Shown: positions 63,800 through 64,000 of the stretch, piece after piece | How positions within the stretch are numbered: the stretch's first letter is position 1 | Layout: each line of letters opens with the position of its first letter | Source of the DNA: Malacoraja senta | Taxonomy: Eukaryota | Reading direction: 5' to 3' | Assembly (NCBI GenBank): GCA_038087875.1 | Contig: CM075991.1 | Coordinates: forward strand, 1,178,001 to 1,242,000 | DNA length: 64,000 nucleotides | Program-made: the position numbers and the translations under genes | The notes under the pieces: generated by a model | Databases searched by the model: none | What the model was told of the DNA's origin: nothing | Seen by the model: only the letters and a program-made list of their open reading frames with translations

Positions 63800-64000
63800 A
63801 AAGTTTGACCTCTTGAGAAATAAAGCAGCGCAGCTGACTGAAATGACAATGGGAGAGCATTTTGGGACCACTGAACGTAGTCTTATTAATTTAAAACTGT
63901 CATGGAAACGGAATAGGGCTGGTCCGCAAGTTAAATTCCTAAATTGGGGAAAGGCTAACTTTGATGGTATTAGAAAGGAACTTGGGAGACTTTTATACGA
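63800..64000 (+). mobile_element. Degenerate CR1 endonuclease-linker fragment
   Basis: MGEHFGT..GPQVKFLNWGKANFDGIRKEL. Confidence 0.65.

Overview
Vertebrate genomic DNA, most likely a cartilaginous fish such as a skate or ray (inferred from the HE1/V-SINE-like SINEs, the CR1-dominated repeat content and the divergence of the orthologues). Two protein-coding genes lie on the + strand. The first is a complete sodium-phosphate symporter SLC20A1/PiT-1 with a CpG/TATA promoter at about 13.3-13.7 kb and 10 coding exons from 16709 to 31819 (2001 nt, 666 aa, all GT-AG and in phase). The second is the first 10 exons (401 codons) of the U5 snRNP helicase SNRNP200/BRR2, from 37794 to 62918, continuing beyond the window. 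Most of the remainder is transposon-derived: CR1 (including an apparently 5'-complete copy nested in an older CR1 and itself interrupted by L1), L2, L1, Rex1/Babar, RTE, Penelope-like GIY-YIG elements, tRNA-SINEs and Tc1 DNA transposons. The most striking non-genic signal is a family of 90-220 bp Penelope-derived mini-elements flanked by 9-15 bp target-site duplications. They carry a minimal hammerhead-ribozyme core (CTGAAGA-A-GGGT-N4-RCCC-GAAACGTH, 7 intact copies), and several form head-to-head palindromes beside exons and promoters. The SLC20A1 5' leader also carries two uORFs that appear deeply conserved. All calls are by eye; no database searches were run.
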